Shown: in pieces, positions 28,191 to 38,456 of the stretch
How the letters are laid out: the number at the start of each line of letters is the position of its first letter
Position numbering within the stretch: the first letter of the stretch is position 1
From: a bacterium
Lineage (GTDB): Bacteria; 4484-113; JAFGCY01
Direction: 5' to 3'
Assembly: GCA_041395205.1 (NCBI GenBank)
Contig: JAWLAZ010000002.1
Span: 589,686 to 653,685, forward strand
Length of the DNA: 64,000 bases
Made by a program: the position numbers and the translations under genes
The notes under the pieces: generated by a model
The model's input: the letters and a program-made list of their open reading frames with translations, nothing else
Database searches by the model: none
What the model was told of the DNA's origin: nothing

Positions 28191-29969
28191 TTATTCATCC
28201 TTCTGCTGTTTCTCCTGCTTCCGCTGCTCATCCTGCTTCTGTTCCTGCCGCTCAGCAGGCTTCGGCTCAGGCGCGGAAGGAGCCGGCGCTCCGGCCACGG
28301 CCACTTCATTCGTGCCGCCGAGGATGATCAGCGACTGGTCGCTGTCGAGGCCTTCAGCCACGAGCAGCAGCAGTTCATCATCGAGGGGCTGGGCCAGGCT
28401 GACATTCAGCGAGATGCGGCGGCCGTTCTTCTCATACCATTCATCGAGCCGCTGCTGGATCTCCGCCGCCTGGGCGCCGGGCGGGAAGCTGAAGACGCGC
28501 AGGCCCTGCTGGCTGCCGAAGATCGTGAAGCCCGGCAGCAGTTCATTGTTGCCCTGGCTGCTTTCCAGCACCTGGTAGCTGTAGCCGCTGCCGCCCTCGG
28601 GCTGCGGGGCCCAGACGCGGAAGCCGGAGGGGAAGTCCGCCGCGCCGGGGAAGGCCGCGGGCGCGCTCGCGGCATCGTCCATCACGATGAAGCGCGAAGG
28701 CTCCGGGGCCGTGCTGAAGAAGCTCTGCAGATATTCGCCATGCTCGGTGGCCGGCGTCCAGCTCAGCCGGCCCTCGCCGGGTTCGGCCAGCCAGGCATGG
28801 GTGCTGGCCCCGCCATCACCGACCCAGGCCACGGCACAGTCCGGAGCGGCGTTGCCGATGGACTGCGCCATGCCGAAGCTGCCATTGGTACCTAGAGGCC
28901 AGGCATCATCGGTCTGCCAGAATCCGTTGGCAAGCGCATTGCCGCTGGCATCAGCCGTGGACTGGACATTATGGGCCGGATCATTCATGTTGACATCGAA
29001 GTGGAACGAGAAGCTGCCCGGCTGCGGATCAGCACTCGGCCGTGCGGATTCACCGAACAGGGCCAGGCTGCCGTAGGCGCGGCATTCACCCTGGGCCACG
29101 GAGAGGATCTGCTGCGGCGGCAGCATGCCCTGCAGGCCGTGGTCGAGCTGGGTCTCCGGGCTGTAGCGCCCGAGGTAGATCCGTCCGCCGCCGCCGTGCA
29201 CGAGCGCACTGATCGGGCTGTTGGCGGACTCACCGGCGAACAGATCGGCGATCCGCCCGAGTGCCGGATCCGTCGCCGGGAAGGGATCGCGCTGGCCCTG
29301 GACCACAATCTGCGCCGGACCGGGACCGGCCGGCTCGAAGAGCGTGGTGCCAGTCACCTGTGGATCACGCATCCCGGTGCGCTCCTCGATCAGGCTCACG
29401 AGGCGCTGCAGTTCATGCTCATTCACCCGGCGCGCGGAGAGGGCCACGCGGGTCTCGTCACCGGCGGAGCGCACGCGCAGTGCCAGCTGCCCGGCGCTCT
29501 GGCCGAATTCGCTGCGCCAGTCATCGAGCGCGTGGTTCAGCCCGCTTTCACTGCTGCTGAAGGCCGGCTGGCCGGCCAGTTCATAGACGATGGTGTAGCC
29601 GTCGCTGGAGGCCCAGGCCGGCTCAGGGCCGAGCGGTGCCTGACGCAGAGGCAGCAGGCTGGCCAGCCCAGTCACGGCCAGCAGCAGGGCGCAGGCCAGT
29701 ATGGCCCGCAGCCTGCCACCGGGGCCGCCCAGTAATCCCATCAGTCCCGTATTGTCTTGCTCAGGCAGCTCCGCCAGGCAGGCGACCTCGTTCAGGAGTG
29801 CCGTACGCCTGGGTTCGACCGCATGCACAGCAGCCGCGTCCTCCAGCAGGGCGTTGTCGGCGATCAGCTGCTGCAGGTATTCATCGGCCTGCACCAGGCG
29901 CTGCTCCGCCTCGCTGAGCTGTGCGACGGAAGTGATCCGTTCCAGGAGAATCCGTTCTTCAACATTCAT
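28191..29969 (-). CDS. putative membrane-spanning anti-sigma factor with a large periplasmic domain
   Basis: Overlaps the ECF sigma gene stop by 11 nt. Has an N-terminal cytoplasmic helical segment, one TM helix (ILACALLLAVTGLASLL), and a ~480-aa extracytoplasmic domain with a charged KQ/E-rich tail. Confidence 0.5.
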   Translation of the reverse strand: MNVEERILLERITSVAQLSEAEQRLVQADEYLQQLIADNALLEDAAAVHAVEPRRTALLNEVACLAELPEQDNTGLMGLLGGPGGRLRAILACALLLAVTGLASLLPLRQAPLGPEPAWASSDGYTIVYELAGQPAFSSSESGLNHALDDWRSEFGQSAGQLALRVRSAGDETRVALSARRVNEHELQRLVSLIEERTGMRDPQVTGTTLFEPAGPGPAQIVVQGQRDPFPATDPALGRIADLFAGESANSPISALVHGGGGRIYLGRYSPETQLDHGLQGMLPPQQILSVAQGECRAYGSLALFGESARPSADPQPGSFSFHFDVNMNDPAHNVQSTADASGNALANGFWQTDDAWPLGTNGSFGMAQSIGNAAPDCAVAWVGDGGASTHAWLAEPGEGRLSWTPATEHGEYLQSFFSTAPEPSRFIVMDDAASAPAAFPGAADFPSGFRVWAPQPEGGSGYSYQVLESSQGNNELLPGFTIFGSQQGLRVFSFPPGAQAAEIQQRLDEWYEKNGRRISLNVSLAQPLDDELLLLVAEGLDSDQSLIILGGTNEVAVAGAPAPSAPEPKPAERQEQKQDEQRKQEKQQKDE

Positions 29970-30513
29970 GTGAATTGCCTCCGGCCGCCTCCACGGGCCG
30001 TCCCTTCATAGCAAAATGACTGAACCCCTCCGCCTGCAGGCGCTCCCGCAGGCTGCGGCGGCCGCGCATCAGGCGCAGGCGCACCGCACTGCCGCTCAGC
30101 CCGGTGATCACCGCGATCTCCTCCGTGCTGAGCCCTTCCATGTAGAACAGGCAGATCACCTCGCGATTCTGCTCCGGCAGGCTGTTGAGCACCGCCCAGA
30201 GATGGTTCTGCGCCGTGCTCTGGCTGTCGATGTGCCAGACCTGGCGCACGCCCTCCAGGGTGCGCTCGCGCGTGTCGCGCCGCCGGCAGCGGTCGATGAA
30301 GCGCCGGTGCACGATGCTCAGCAGCCAGGAACGGAAACTCTCATCCTCGCGCAGGCTGTCCAGCCGCCGCAGTGCCTGCAGCAGCGAGTCCTGCAGCAGG
30401 TCCTCAGCGTCCTCGCGCGTGCTGCAGAGGCGCGCGCAGAAGCGCCAGGCCAGGCTGTAGATCCCGTCCGTAAGCAGCAGGTCGAAGCGCCTGCGGATAT
30501 CCGCATCCAGCAT
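29959..30513 (-). CDS. ECF-family RNA polymerase sigma-70 factor
   Basis: Region 2 (DAEDLLQDSLLQALRRL...FRSWLLSIVHRRFIDRCRRR) and region 4 (LPEQNREVICLFYMEGLSTEEIAVITGLSGSAVRLRLMRGRRSLRE). Confidence 0.85.
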   Translation of the reverse strand: MLDADIRRRFDLLLTDGIYSLAWRFCARLCSTREDAEDLLQDSLLQALRRLDSLREDESFRSWLLSIVHRRFIDRCRRRDTRERTLEGVRQVWHIDSQSTAQNHLWAVLNSLPEQNREVICLFYMEGLSTEEIAVITGLSGSAVRLRLMRGRRSLRERLQAEGFSHFAMKGRPVEAAGGNSHEC

Positions 30514-30576
30514 GCTGATTCCTCAGACGCGGGAGCGGCGGCGGATTGTTGCGCGGGAGCGGGAAATTCCCGCGGG

Positions 30577-30978
30577 TTATGCGCGCTGCGGGAGGCTGGC
30601 GACCAGCAGGTCGAGGCTGTTGCCGCCGTTGTGCTCCAGCTGGGCTCGCTCCCATTCAGGGAAGAGCCAGAGCGGGAGTCCCTTCAGGCTGCGCAGCAGG
30701 GTGGCCAGTTCGCTGGCCTGTTTCGCGGCCTCGATATGCTCGCTGAGGCGGTTGCGCAGCAGGCTCGCGAGCTCCGCCACACCCAGGCGCTGGCTCAGGG
30801 CATGGCGGCGCTTCATGCGGCGCAGCAGGCCCGACTCATCCTTGAGGATGGCGTGGGCTTCGCTGTCAGTGAAGCCGCTGCTCCTGAGCGCGTCCTTGTG
30901 CAGCTCACCCGAGCTGAGCAGGCACCAGAGCAGGGCGCGCACGGTGGGGTCGTCATGCAGTTTTTCACAAGGAGACAT
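30577..30978 (-). CDS. hypothetical protein upstream of the ECF sigma gene
   Basis: ATG at 30978 preceded by a GGGAGAGGA RBS; the ORF track's longer start at 31017 lacks an RBS. 133 aa, helical composition. Confidence 0.4.
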   Translation of the reverse strand: MSPCEKLHDDPTVRALLWCLLSSGELHKDALRSSGFTDSEAHAILKDESGLLRRMKRRHALSQRLGVAELASLLRNRLSEHIEAAKQASELATLLRSLKGLPLWLFPEWERAQLEHNGGNSLDLLVASLPQRA

Positions 30979-31029
30979 ATGTCCTCTCCCCGGCGGGGCG
31001 GTGGAATGCTGAAGCAACCCCGCGGCATA

Positions 31030-32160
31030 CTACACAAAAATTACCATAATGCGAATATTTGTCAAGGAATAGCAATGTTAATGCAGATTGAAGGCAGGAG
31101 GCAAAAGGCAGAAGGCAGTGGTCAGGAGCGCCGGAGGATGCCGGGGGAAACGAGGCAGGGAAGATGCGGTTTTGAAGATAAACCACAGAGATACAGAGAG
31201 CGCAGAGGAATCCTGAAAGAAACTATTGCCAATACCAGCAGGACCGGCGTCGCCCTGCGACGCTTGAAAGTAAATGCTGCGAAGTAATCTGCAATTCGAA
31301 TTTCCAGATTCAGAAAACTCTGTGGGCTCTGAGTCTCTATGTTTGACACTTCTTCCTGGCTCGCTGCGCCCGGGTGGCAACGAGGCGGGGATGCAGCGGT
31401 TATGAAGACTAACCACAGAGATACAGAGAGCGCAGAGGAATCCAATTGCGATCGGTGATCCGTTGGCAATGCGTACTTCGCGGCAGCTTCTCCCAATCGC
31501 GGCCGGGCCGCGCCGGTACATTTTCTGTTTGGCAATGCAAGGTCATCATGTAAACGATGTCCTGGCACTAAATCATGTAAACGATGTCCTGGCACTCATC
31601 ACTAAGGCGCTAAGCCGCTAAGGAAGAGAAGTGAAGTTCATCCCCACATGCAGCTGTACCGGCGCGGCCCCGCCGCGCTTGAAAGTGAATGCTGCGAAGT
31701 ATTCTGCAATTCGAGTATTGCAGATTCAGAAGACTCTGTGGGCTCTGTGGCTCTGTGTTTGACAATTCTTCCAGGCTCGCATGCGCTCGATTGGCAACGA
31801 GGCAGGGATGCAGCGGTTCTGAAGATAAACCACAGAGATGCAGAGAGCGCAGAGAAATTCAGTTGGGATCGATTACCCGTTGGCAATGCGCACTTCGCGG
31901 CATGCTCTCCCAGGCGTAGTGACGGAGTGTAGCTCTTAGAGCCACAGGGCCTTGTTGGTCTCAGACCAACACTCCGCCGAGCTGGCGCTCGACCTCCAAT
32001 GGCACAGCTGCGCGGCATGCCCTCCCAGGCGTAGTGACGGAGTGTAGCTCTTAGAGCTACATGGCCTTGTTGGTCTCAGACCAACACTCCGCCGAGCTCG
32101 CGCTCGACCTCCAATGGCACAGCTTCGCGTCGCAGCACATCCACGGTATACTCAATGACG
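31030..32160. repeat. REPIN-like composite repeat region (type-1 units in alternating orientation plus type-2 REP hairpins)
   Basis: Type-1 units in both orientations across 31100-31930, with a 26-bp direct repeat at 31545-31596. Two ~120-bp units at 31920-32150 each end in CCGAGCTGGCGCTCGACCTCC. Region 31393-31918 is duplicated at 35599-36118. Confidence 0.8.
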
Positions 32161-32188
32161 TAGGGTATGCATCACACAGGGGTGGTAA

Positions 32189-33214
32189 ATGTATAGATGG
32201 ATCATTGCATTGCTGAGCGCAGTTTTCATGCTCGCTGCCATTGCTCATGCGCAGGAATCCGGCGACATTGCAGCAAGCGAGGAATATGAGCCACCGCCGA
32301 TTGAGATCGTTGCGACAAATGCCGCCGGGTACGAAATGGTGTACTTCGGCATGCCCTATTTCAGCGTCGATTATTCGATACTTGACGATGCCACGGAAGC
32401 CCGCGTAGGCTGGAGCTGGATCAGTTCAGGCGAACCGCTGCTGTTCGAGTTCGACGGTCCATTGTCAGATCCCCGCGTGGACCCGCTCAACCCCGGCAGC
32501 TGCCCGGACGGCGTGGATCCGGCGGCGATGGCGGCTGTCGTTTCAGCCGAATGCATCATCCGCATGCCGGGGGTGGAGTATGCCTCGCGCTGGCCGCTGT
32601 ACCCGATCGGCCGCGTCTACCAGGCACAACTGCCGGAGGGCGGGATGGCCTGGGTGCGCACCGCCGCGAATGCCCCGCCGCTGGAGAATCTCGTTGCCAA
32701 TCTGGAGGGAGCCAGCTATCCCTTCGAGGAAGTGGAGCCACTGAGTGCGATTCTGGCAATGCAGCAGGGCGGACCCGCCCATGACCGCAGTGCAGACTGG
32801 AGATTGGAGGAGCAGCTGGCCGATGCTGACATGCACAGCTTCCTGGCCTACCACGGCAGGGAGGAGCGCGCTGCCGCACTGCTGGGGGCGCATGCCTGCC
32901 TGGAGCGGATGCTTGAGCTGTACCGCGAGCGGCACGGGGAGTACCCGCAGCGGATCGCGGAGCTGGCCCATGTCCCGGGGGCGGTCTGTGCTGCCCTGCC
33001 CCACAGCCCCTGGGACTTCGATCTGGAACTCGGGCATGCCGATCCCTTCACGGTTGGCAACGGTGACGTGCTCTACCTGCCCGTACTGAACGGGCAGCAG
33101 GCGGTGACGGAGTATCAGCTGCTGCTGATCTGCGATGAGCTGTTGCCGGACTGCATCGAGCACGAACTGGAAGCACTGCCGCGTGGACTGCATGCACTGG
33201 AGCCAAGGAAGTGA
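32189..33214 (+). CDS. secreted hypothetical protein
   Basis: Signal peptide MYRWIIALLSAVFMLAAIAHA. 341-aa uninterrupted ORF in the native GC-rich codon style. Confidence 0.55.
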   Translation: MYRWIIALLSAVFMLAAIAHAQESGDIAASEEYEPPPIEIVATNAAGYEMVYFGMPYFSVDYSILDDATEARVGWSWISSGEPLLFEFDGPLSDPRVDPLNPGSCPDGVDPAAMAAVVSAECIIRMPGVEYASRWPLYPIGRVYQAQLPEGGMAWVRTAANAPPLENLVANLEGASYPFEEVEPLSAILAMQQGGPAHDRSADWRLEEQLADADMHSFLAYHGREERAAALLGAHACLERMLELYRERHGEYPQRIAELAHVPGAVCAALPHSPWDFDLELGHADPFTVGNGDVLYLPVLNGQQAVTEYQLLLICDELLPDCIEHELEALPRGLHALEPRK

Positions 33215-33242
33215 TGGCAATTGCACATATTAGAATGAACCG

Positions 33243-34679
33243 GTGATGACAAGGGGACGGGAGACAGAATCTGTGATGGAGCTGCGGCAGCCCGACAACC
33301 CCGTTGAGCTGCTGCTCGAGCGCCTGCACAGGCAGTCACGCGAGTACCGGCGGGGCTGGTTCAGCCGGCCGATGTTCGTCACCATCGCGGCAGTGCTGTT
33401 CCTGATCACCGTGATCCTGATCAGCCGCCAGCACTGGGCGCTGTCCCTGCATGACCCGCTGGCCACCAATCCGCTGTATGTGCAGTCCAGCCGGATCGTG
33501 GCCGTGATGGCCTGCCTGTGGTTCTACTTCAACCTCTCAATGCTGATGGCCTTCTCGCGGACGCTCAGCGCCGCCAGCCAGGGGCTGCAGCTCCTGTCAA
33601 CGGGACGTACGCGCAGCAATGCGCTCAGGATTGACGACCTGCTGCAGGGCAACCCGCTGGACAGCGCGACGATCCTCGACGGCCTGACGGCCTTTCACCG
33701 CCGGCGCTTCGCACCGCTGCTGTGGTTCCCGTGTTTCTATGTGCTGCTGGGTGCGGTGCTTAAGTTCCCATTACCATTGTTTGAAAACGGGAAAGTGCAA
33801 TGGCACTGGCAGTTCCTGCTGTTTCCGCTGGTTGCGCCGCTTTTCTACTTCATCTGCATGGCGGTGTTCTGCCTGCTGCTGCATGTGGGCATCCTGGTCG
33901 GCCGGCGGATCGCGCATCCCGTAGGCCAGCAACTGATGCTGTGGCTGCTGATCGGCGCGCCGCTGCTTGTGATGTTGCTTGTACAGCTGGTGATTCGCGG
34001 CCAGGGCATACCGCAGGACAGCGCGAAACTGCTCAGCCTGGCAGCGATCGGCCTGATGCTGCTGGTCCCGCTGCTGCTGTCCAGACTACTACGTGGACGT
34101 GCGCTTGCTGCGATCGAGGCCATTGCCAGTGGACAGTATGACAGGCAGGCGCTGGAAGCACGCAGCTCGGCTGGCAGTGAGCGGGACAGCGCTCCCTCAA
34201 GCCTGCTGAAGCCCGTGTACGCAATAGTGCTCGGCCTGCCGCTGTTGCTCGCCATGAGTGTGTTCATACACACTTTGAAGATGCAACCGCTGCAAGTGGA
34301 CACTGGCGACCCCTTCTTTGACTGGTACTTCGGCTATGCCCAGCAAACGGTCGAACGGTTGTGGATGAAGGGGCTGGATACGACTCCGGCTGATTCCGAG
34401 GATCCGGGTACGGATCTTGGTGGCGGGCATTACTACATCCATGAGCTGATGCAGCAGGCGGAACCGCAGTTCGGCGATGACCCGCGCTGGCAGCGGCTGC
34501 GCTATGAACTGCTGCGCAATGCAGCGGAAGAACCGCTGGCATTCGAGTTTGAAGGTGCAGCGGACAATGAGGAGCTTGCGAGCAAACTCATGGCGGACGC
34601 AATTGCCAGTGGCGTTGAAAATCCACCGGGGGGAGCTGTGGCTGTTCCAGGAGCGCTGGACGGAGTTTCGGGAGGCTGA
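33243..34679 (+). CDS. polytopic membrane protein; likely the N-terminal part of a longer gene interrupted by a G6-tract frameshift
   Basis: Multiple TM helices. The last ~15 codons after the GGGGGG run (34628-34633) look non-protein-like, while the +1 frame continues a plausible protein into the 34477-35553 ORF. Confidence 0.5.
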   Translation: MMTRGRETESVMELRQPDNPVELLLERLHRQSREYRRGWFSRPMFVTIAAVLFLITVILISRQHWALSLHDPLATNPLYVQSSRIVAVMACLWFYFNLSMLMAFSRTLSAASQGLQLLSTGRTRSNALRIDDLLQGNPLDSATILDGLTAFHRRRFAPLLWFPCFYVLLGAVLKFPLPLFENGKVQWHWQFLLFPLVAPLFYFICMAVFCLLLHVGILVGRRIAHPVGQQLMLWLLIGAPLLVMLLVQLVIRGQGIPQDSAKLLSLAAIGLMLLVPLLLSRLLRGRALAAIEAIASGQYDRQALEARSSAGSERDSAPSSLLKPVYAIVLGLPLLLAMSVFIHTLKMQPLQVDTGDPFFDWYFGYAQQTVERLWMKGLDTTPADSEDPGTDLGGGHYYIHELMQQAEPQFGDDPRWQRLRYELLRNAAEEPLAFEFEGAADNEELASKLMADAIASGVENPPGGAVAVPGALDGVSGG

Positions 34680-35553
34680 GATCAGCCAGCCGCCGGGACT
34701 GACTACGGAGCAGGCGGATATGCGGCATGCTGAACTGCTGGAGGAAATCAGGCAGCTGGCAGCGCACCTCAATGAAGCGACCCCGCTGTACTGGATCGCA
34801 GTATCGGACATGAGACTGGACGATGATGAGCGCATCTCCCTGATCCGCGATGGCAACGCGATGCAGTGCAGCTTCCATACCGGGCACTTCCGCATGGAGC
34901 TGGCGCGATCCATCCCGGCTGAAATGCAGATCCAGCGCGACCAGATCCTCTGCGCCATGCAGCCCTATGAATACATAATGAGCGAGCCGTACACGGTTGT
35001 CAATGGCATCGAGCTGAAGAAGCTGATTGAGCGCCTGGCAGCACAGCAGGACCTGGCGGCCCTGGATGAGATCAACCGGATGCTGTGCCGGCTGATGGCA
35101 ACGGAGGACATCAGTGACATCAATCCGCTGATGCTGCTTTCCTGCATGGGCAAGTTCGGCTCGGAGGTGCAGGCCAACTGCAAGCTGACAGCGGAGCAGG
35201 CGCAGGCGCTGAGGGAGTACGACCAGCTCAGGCGTAGCTTGCAGGATGACAACAAGAACATGCGGCGCAACTGGCCCTGGGACTTCACGGTGCAGCTGGA
35301 CCGGACGAGCGCGGAGTACCTGCCGGATGCGCTGCCTGATGCGCTGTTCGCGCCGCTTGCTGCGCTGGAATACAGGCTCAGCCTCGGACGCCTGTTCGCA
35401 TCCAGCTTCCACTATGAAATAAACACGATGACGCAGCAGCTGATCGATGAACTGGACTGGAGCCGGCGGCACATGGATGAGATCGAGCGGCTGTCACAGT
35501 TCGACTTCGAGACGCTCAGCTGGCGGAATGAGCATGCAGGGGATGATGAGTAG
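34633..35553 (+). CDS. cytoplasmic C-terminal portion of the same putative membrane protein (+1 frame after the G6 tract)
   Basis: From ELWLFQERWTEFREAEISQPP onward the translation is protein-like. The upstream part of ORF 34477-35553 (MTRAGSGCAMNCCAM...) is not. With G5 instead of G6 the two ORFs fuse in frame. Confidence 0.45.
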   Translation, partial: ELWLFQERWTEFREAEISQPPGLTTEQADMRHAELLEEIRQLAAHLNEATPLYWIAVSDMRLDDDERISLIRDGNAMQCSFHTGHFRMELARSIPAEMQIQRDQILCAMQPYEYIMSEPYTVVNGIELKKLIERLAAQQDLAALDEINRMLCRLMATEDISDINPLMLLSCMGKFGSEVQANCKLTAEQAQALREYDQLRRSLQDDNKNMRRNWPWDFTVQLDRTSAEYLPDALPDALFAPLAALEYRLSLGRLFASSFHYEINTMTQQLIDELDWSRRHMDEIERLSQFDFETLSWRNEHAGDDE

Positions 35554-35554
35554 G

Positions 35555-36620
35555 GATGTGGCTCGCCTTTTGCTCTGATGGCAACGAGGAAGGATGAGGC
35601 GGTTATGAAGACTAACCACAGAGATACAGAGAGCGCAGAGGAATCCAATTGCGATCGGTGATCCGTTGGCAATGCGTACTTCGCGGCAGCTTCTCCCAAT
35701 CGCGGCCGGGCCGCGCCGGTACATTTTCTGTTTGGCAATGCAAGGTCATCATGTAAACGATGTCCTGGCACTAAATCATGTAAACGATGTCCTGGCACTC
35801 ATCACTAAGGCGCTAAGCCGCTAAGGAAGAGAAGTGAAGTTCATCCCCACATGCAGCTGTACCGGCGTCGCCCTGCGACGCTTGAAAGTGAATGCTGCGA
35901 AGTTGCTAGATTCCCACCTTGGCCAGGCCCAGAAAACTCTGTGGGCTCTGTGGCTCTGTGTTTGACAATTCTTCCAGGCTCGCATGCGCTCGATTGGCAA
36001 CGAGGCAGGGATGCAGCGGTTCTGAAGATAAACCACAGAGATGCAGAGAGCGCAGAGAAATTCAGTTGGGATCGATTACCCGTTGGCAATGCGTACTTCG
36101 CGGCATGCTCTCCCAGGCGTCGCGGGGCGCCGCCGGTACTCACTTCCGATGGGATATTTCTTCCTGCATTCCTTCGCGACTTCGCGCCTTGGCGTTGAAG
36201 AAATCCATACCGCATTGCCTCGTTGTCATTCGAGTCAGGCTGTGGCGTGACGAGGCGCGCAACCGCGCGAGCAGTAACATGCTCGCCTGCAGGGTTTTAT
36301 TGGCGCAGAGGCGCAGAGAATGAAGATGCGCAGAGAAATGCGATGTCACTGGGCTCATTGCTCAATCGTCATTGCTCATTGCTTCGCGGCATGCTCTCTC
36401 AGGCGTCGCGGGGCGCCGACGCTACACGTCTTCACGGTTCACGCTTCACTCTTCACGGTTCACCCTTCACTTCCGGTCCGGCTTGCGCTGGTCAACCACG
36501 CCGAGCTCGCGCTAGACAGGCATGTTGTGCGACCTGCGCCGCACCTCCCCGCCTGATCTCCGGCAGCAATGAACTAATCCATCTCCCCACGGGTACTAAT
36601 CCGCATTGAATTGACTTGCC
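35555..36620. repeat. REPIN-like composite repeat region, near-identical duplicate of 31393-31918 plus a (TTCACGG)-like microsatellite
   Basis: 35599-35872 matches 31393-31665 almost base for base, and 35925-36118 matches 31700-31918. A 26-bp direct repeat lies at 35748-35799. A ttcacgg-type tandem lies at 36421-36475. Confidence 0.8.
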
Positions 36621-36960
36621 GCCTCAGCCGAGGCTTCGGCGGTCTGAATCCTCTTGCCATCTCACCCGAGGGCTCGATGGTCTGCAGGATTTCGCGAAAC
36701 CGGTTCCGCTCAACCTGCGTGGGTCATCCATAGCAAACGGGTCACGCTGAAGTTGCAGGTGGTTGGAAGATGCATCGCGCAGGCAGCGAGAAGCTTTGCT
36801 TGGAGCTGTACTGCAGACCGACGAACGCTTGCGTGAGTCGGCAGAAGAATTCAGACCACTGAGCGCTTGCATCGCGCAAGAGGAGCGGAACTCGTTTCGC
36901 TCCGGTTTGCAGACCATCGAGTCTTTGGACGAGATGGCAAAGCAATTGACGCCGGGCTGC
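36600..36960. repeat. type-3 repeat copy (GGTCTGCA[A/G]TACAGCTC[A/C]AAGCAAAGCTTCTCGCTG family, inverted orientation)
   Basis: CAGCGAGAAGCTTTGCTTGGAGCTGTACTGCAGACCG at 36779-36820 is the reverse complement of the units at 43525 and 43690. A related GCGCTTGCATCGCGCAAGAGGAGCGG segment follows. Confidence 0.55.
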
Positions 36961-37021
36961 CCGCTCGCTATAATGCGCAGCTTCACTCGCAGCAGGCGTA
37001 TTTCGAGGAGACGAGGCAGCC

Positions 37022-38188
37022 ATGGAATTCATGCTTTCCAAGAACCGCAAGATCAAGCTGGCCCTGGGGTTCAGCGACATCTCCCTGATCCCCGGCGAGA
37101 GCACGGTCGACCCGAATGATGTCGACGTCTCCTGGCAGCTGGGCGAGCAGAGGTTCGAGCTGCCGATCCTCGCCGCCGCCATGGACGGCGTGGTCGATGT
37201 GAATATTGCGCGCATGTTCGGCGAATGGGGCGGGCTCGGAGTGCTGAACCTCGAAGGCATCTACACCCGCTACGACGACTACCAGGCGATCCTCGACCGG
37301 ATCGTGGCCGCTGACAACGAGGAGGCCACGAAGATCTTCCAGGAGATCTACCGCGAGCCGGTCAAGCCTGAGCTGATCGCCAAGCGCATCAGGGAGATCC
37401 AGGCCGGCGGCGTGAAGGCTGCGGGCTCGCTGACGCCGGCCGGGATGATCAAATTCGGCCAGGTGGCCGAGGACAGCGGGATCGACATCCTCGTGCTGCA
37501 GAGCACCGTGACCAGCATGCGCCACCGTTCGAAGAGCGGCAACGTGCTGGACATCGCCGAACTGATCAACCGCGTCAAGGTGCCGCTGATGGTTGGCAAC
37601 GTGAGCGGCTATGAGATCACCTACTCGCTGATGGAGGCCGGTGCGGATGCGATCTTCGTCGGCGTCGGGCCGGGCCAGGCCTGCACCACCCGCGGCGTGA
37701 CCGGCGTGGGCGTGCCGCAGATCACCGCCACCGCGGACTGCGCGGCGGCCCGTGACGACTTCTACGTGCAGACCGGCAAGTACGTCGCGATCATCACCGA
37801 CGGCGGGATGCGCAAGGGCGGCGAGATCTGCAAGGCGCTGGCCACGGGTGCCGACGCGATCATGACCGGCAGCATCTTCGCCGGCTGCCCGGAGAGCCCA
37901 GCCACCCCCTACCACTGGGGCATGGCGACACCGGACCCGAACCTGCCGCGTGGCACGCGGGTCAAGAGCGACGTGCATGTGCCGCTCAAGCAGGTGCTGT
38001 TCGGGCCCAGCCAGGTGACCGATGGCACGCAGAACCTCGTGGGTGCGATCAAGAGCTCGATGGGCCTGTGCGGCGCGCAGACGATCCGTGAATTCCACAA
38101 TACGGACATCGCCTTCAGCTTCAGCTTCATGACGGAAGGCAAGGCGCTGCAGATCGGCCAGCAGGTCGGGATGGGCTCGAAGAAGTAG
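37022..38188 (+). CDS. IMP dehydrogenase/GMP reductase-family protein lacking CBS domains (GuaB3-like)
   Basis: 388-aa TIM-barrel pattern with the catalytic Cys loop [11 protein letters not shown] and the phosphate-binding [18 protein letters not shown] motifs. There is no CBS pair. TATAAT at 36963-36968. Confidence 0.75.
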   Translation: MEFMLSKNRKIKLALGFSDISLIPGESTVDPNDVDVSWQLGEQRFELPILAAAMDGVVDVNIARMFGEWGGLGVLNLEGIYTRYDDYQAILDRIVAADNEEATKIFQEIYREPVKPELIAKRIREIQAGGVKAAGSLTPAGMIKFGQVAEDSGIDILVLQSTVTSMRHRSKSGNVLDIAELINRVKVPLMVGNVSGYEITYSLMEAGADAIFVGVGPGQACTTRGVTGVGVPQITATADCAAARDDFYVQTGKYVAIITDGGMRKGGEICKALATGADAIMTGSIFAGCPESPATPYHWGMATPDPNLPRGTRVKSDVHVPLKQVLFGPSQVTDGTQNLVGAIKSSMGLCGAQTIREFHNTDIAFSFSFMTEGKALQIGQQVGMGSKK

Positions 38189-38456
38189 GCAGGAACACAA
38201 AGCTCATGCGCCAGGATGGAAAAAGGCCCCGGGGCCTGAGCACGGCTCTGTGAGGAGCCGGGGAAGAATCCCGGGGACAACCGGTTCATTATACCGGGAG
38301 CAACCTTCCCTGGCTGCTGAGCACGACGTCCATTGAATACTCAGGCCGCCGGTTTTGCACGGAATTCGCCAATAATCGAAATCAGCTCGCCTTAGTACTT
38401 CCGGCTCTTGTCAGACACGACTATAATCAGGTATGGTAATATCTGCTACCGCGTAA

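Noticed and set aside
30016-31287. 423-aa plus-strand ORF spanning the ECF sigma gene region and repeats
   Set aside because: It is antisense to the ECF sigma factor and the 30577-30978 gene, runs into REP repeats, and has a low-complexity translation.
36983-38200. 405-aa minus-strand ORF
   Set aside because: It is antisense to the IMPDH-family gene, which has a clear catalytic Cys loop and phosphate-binding motifs.
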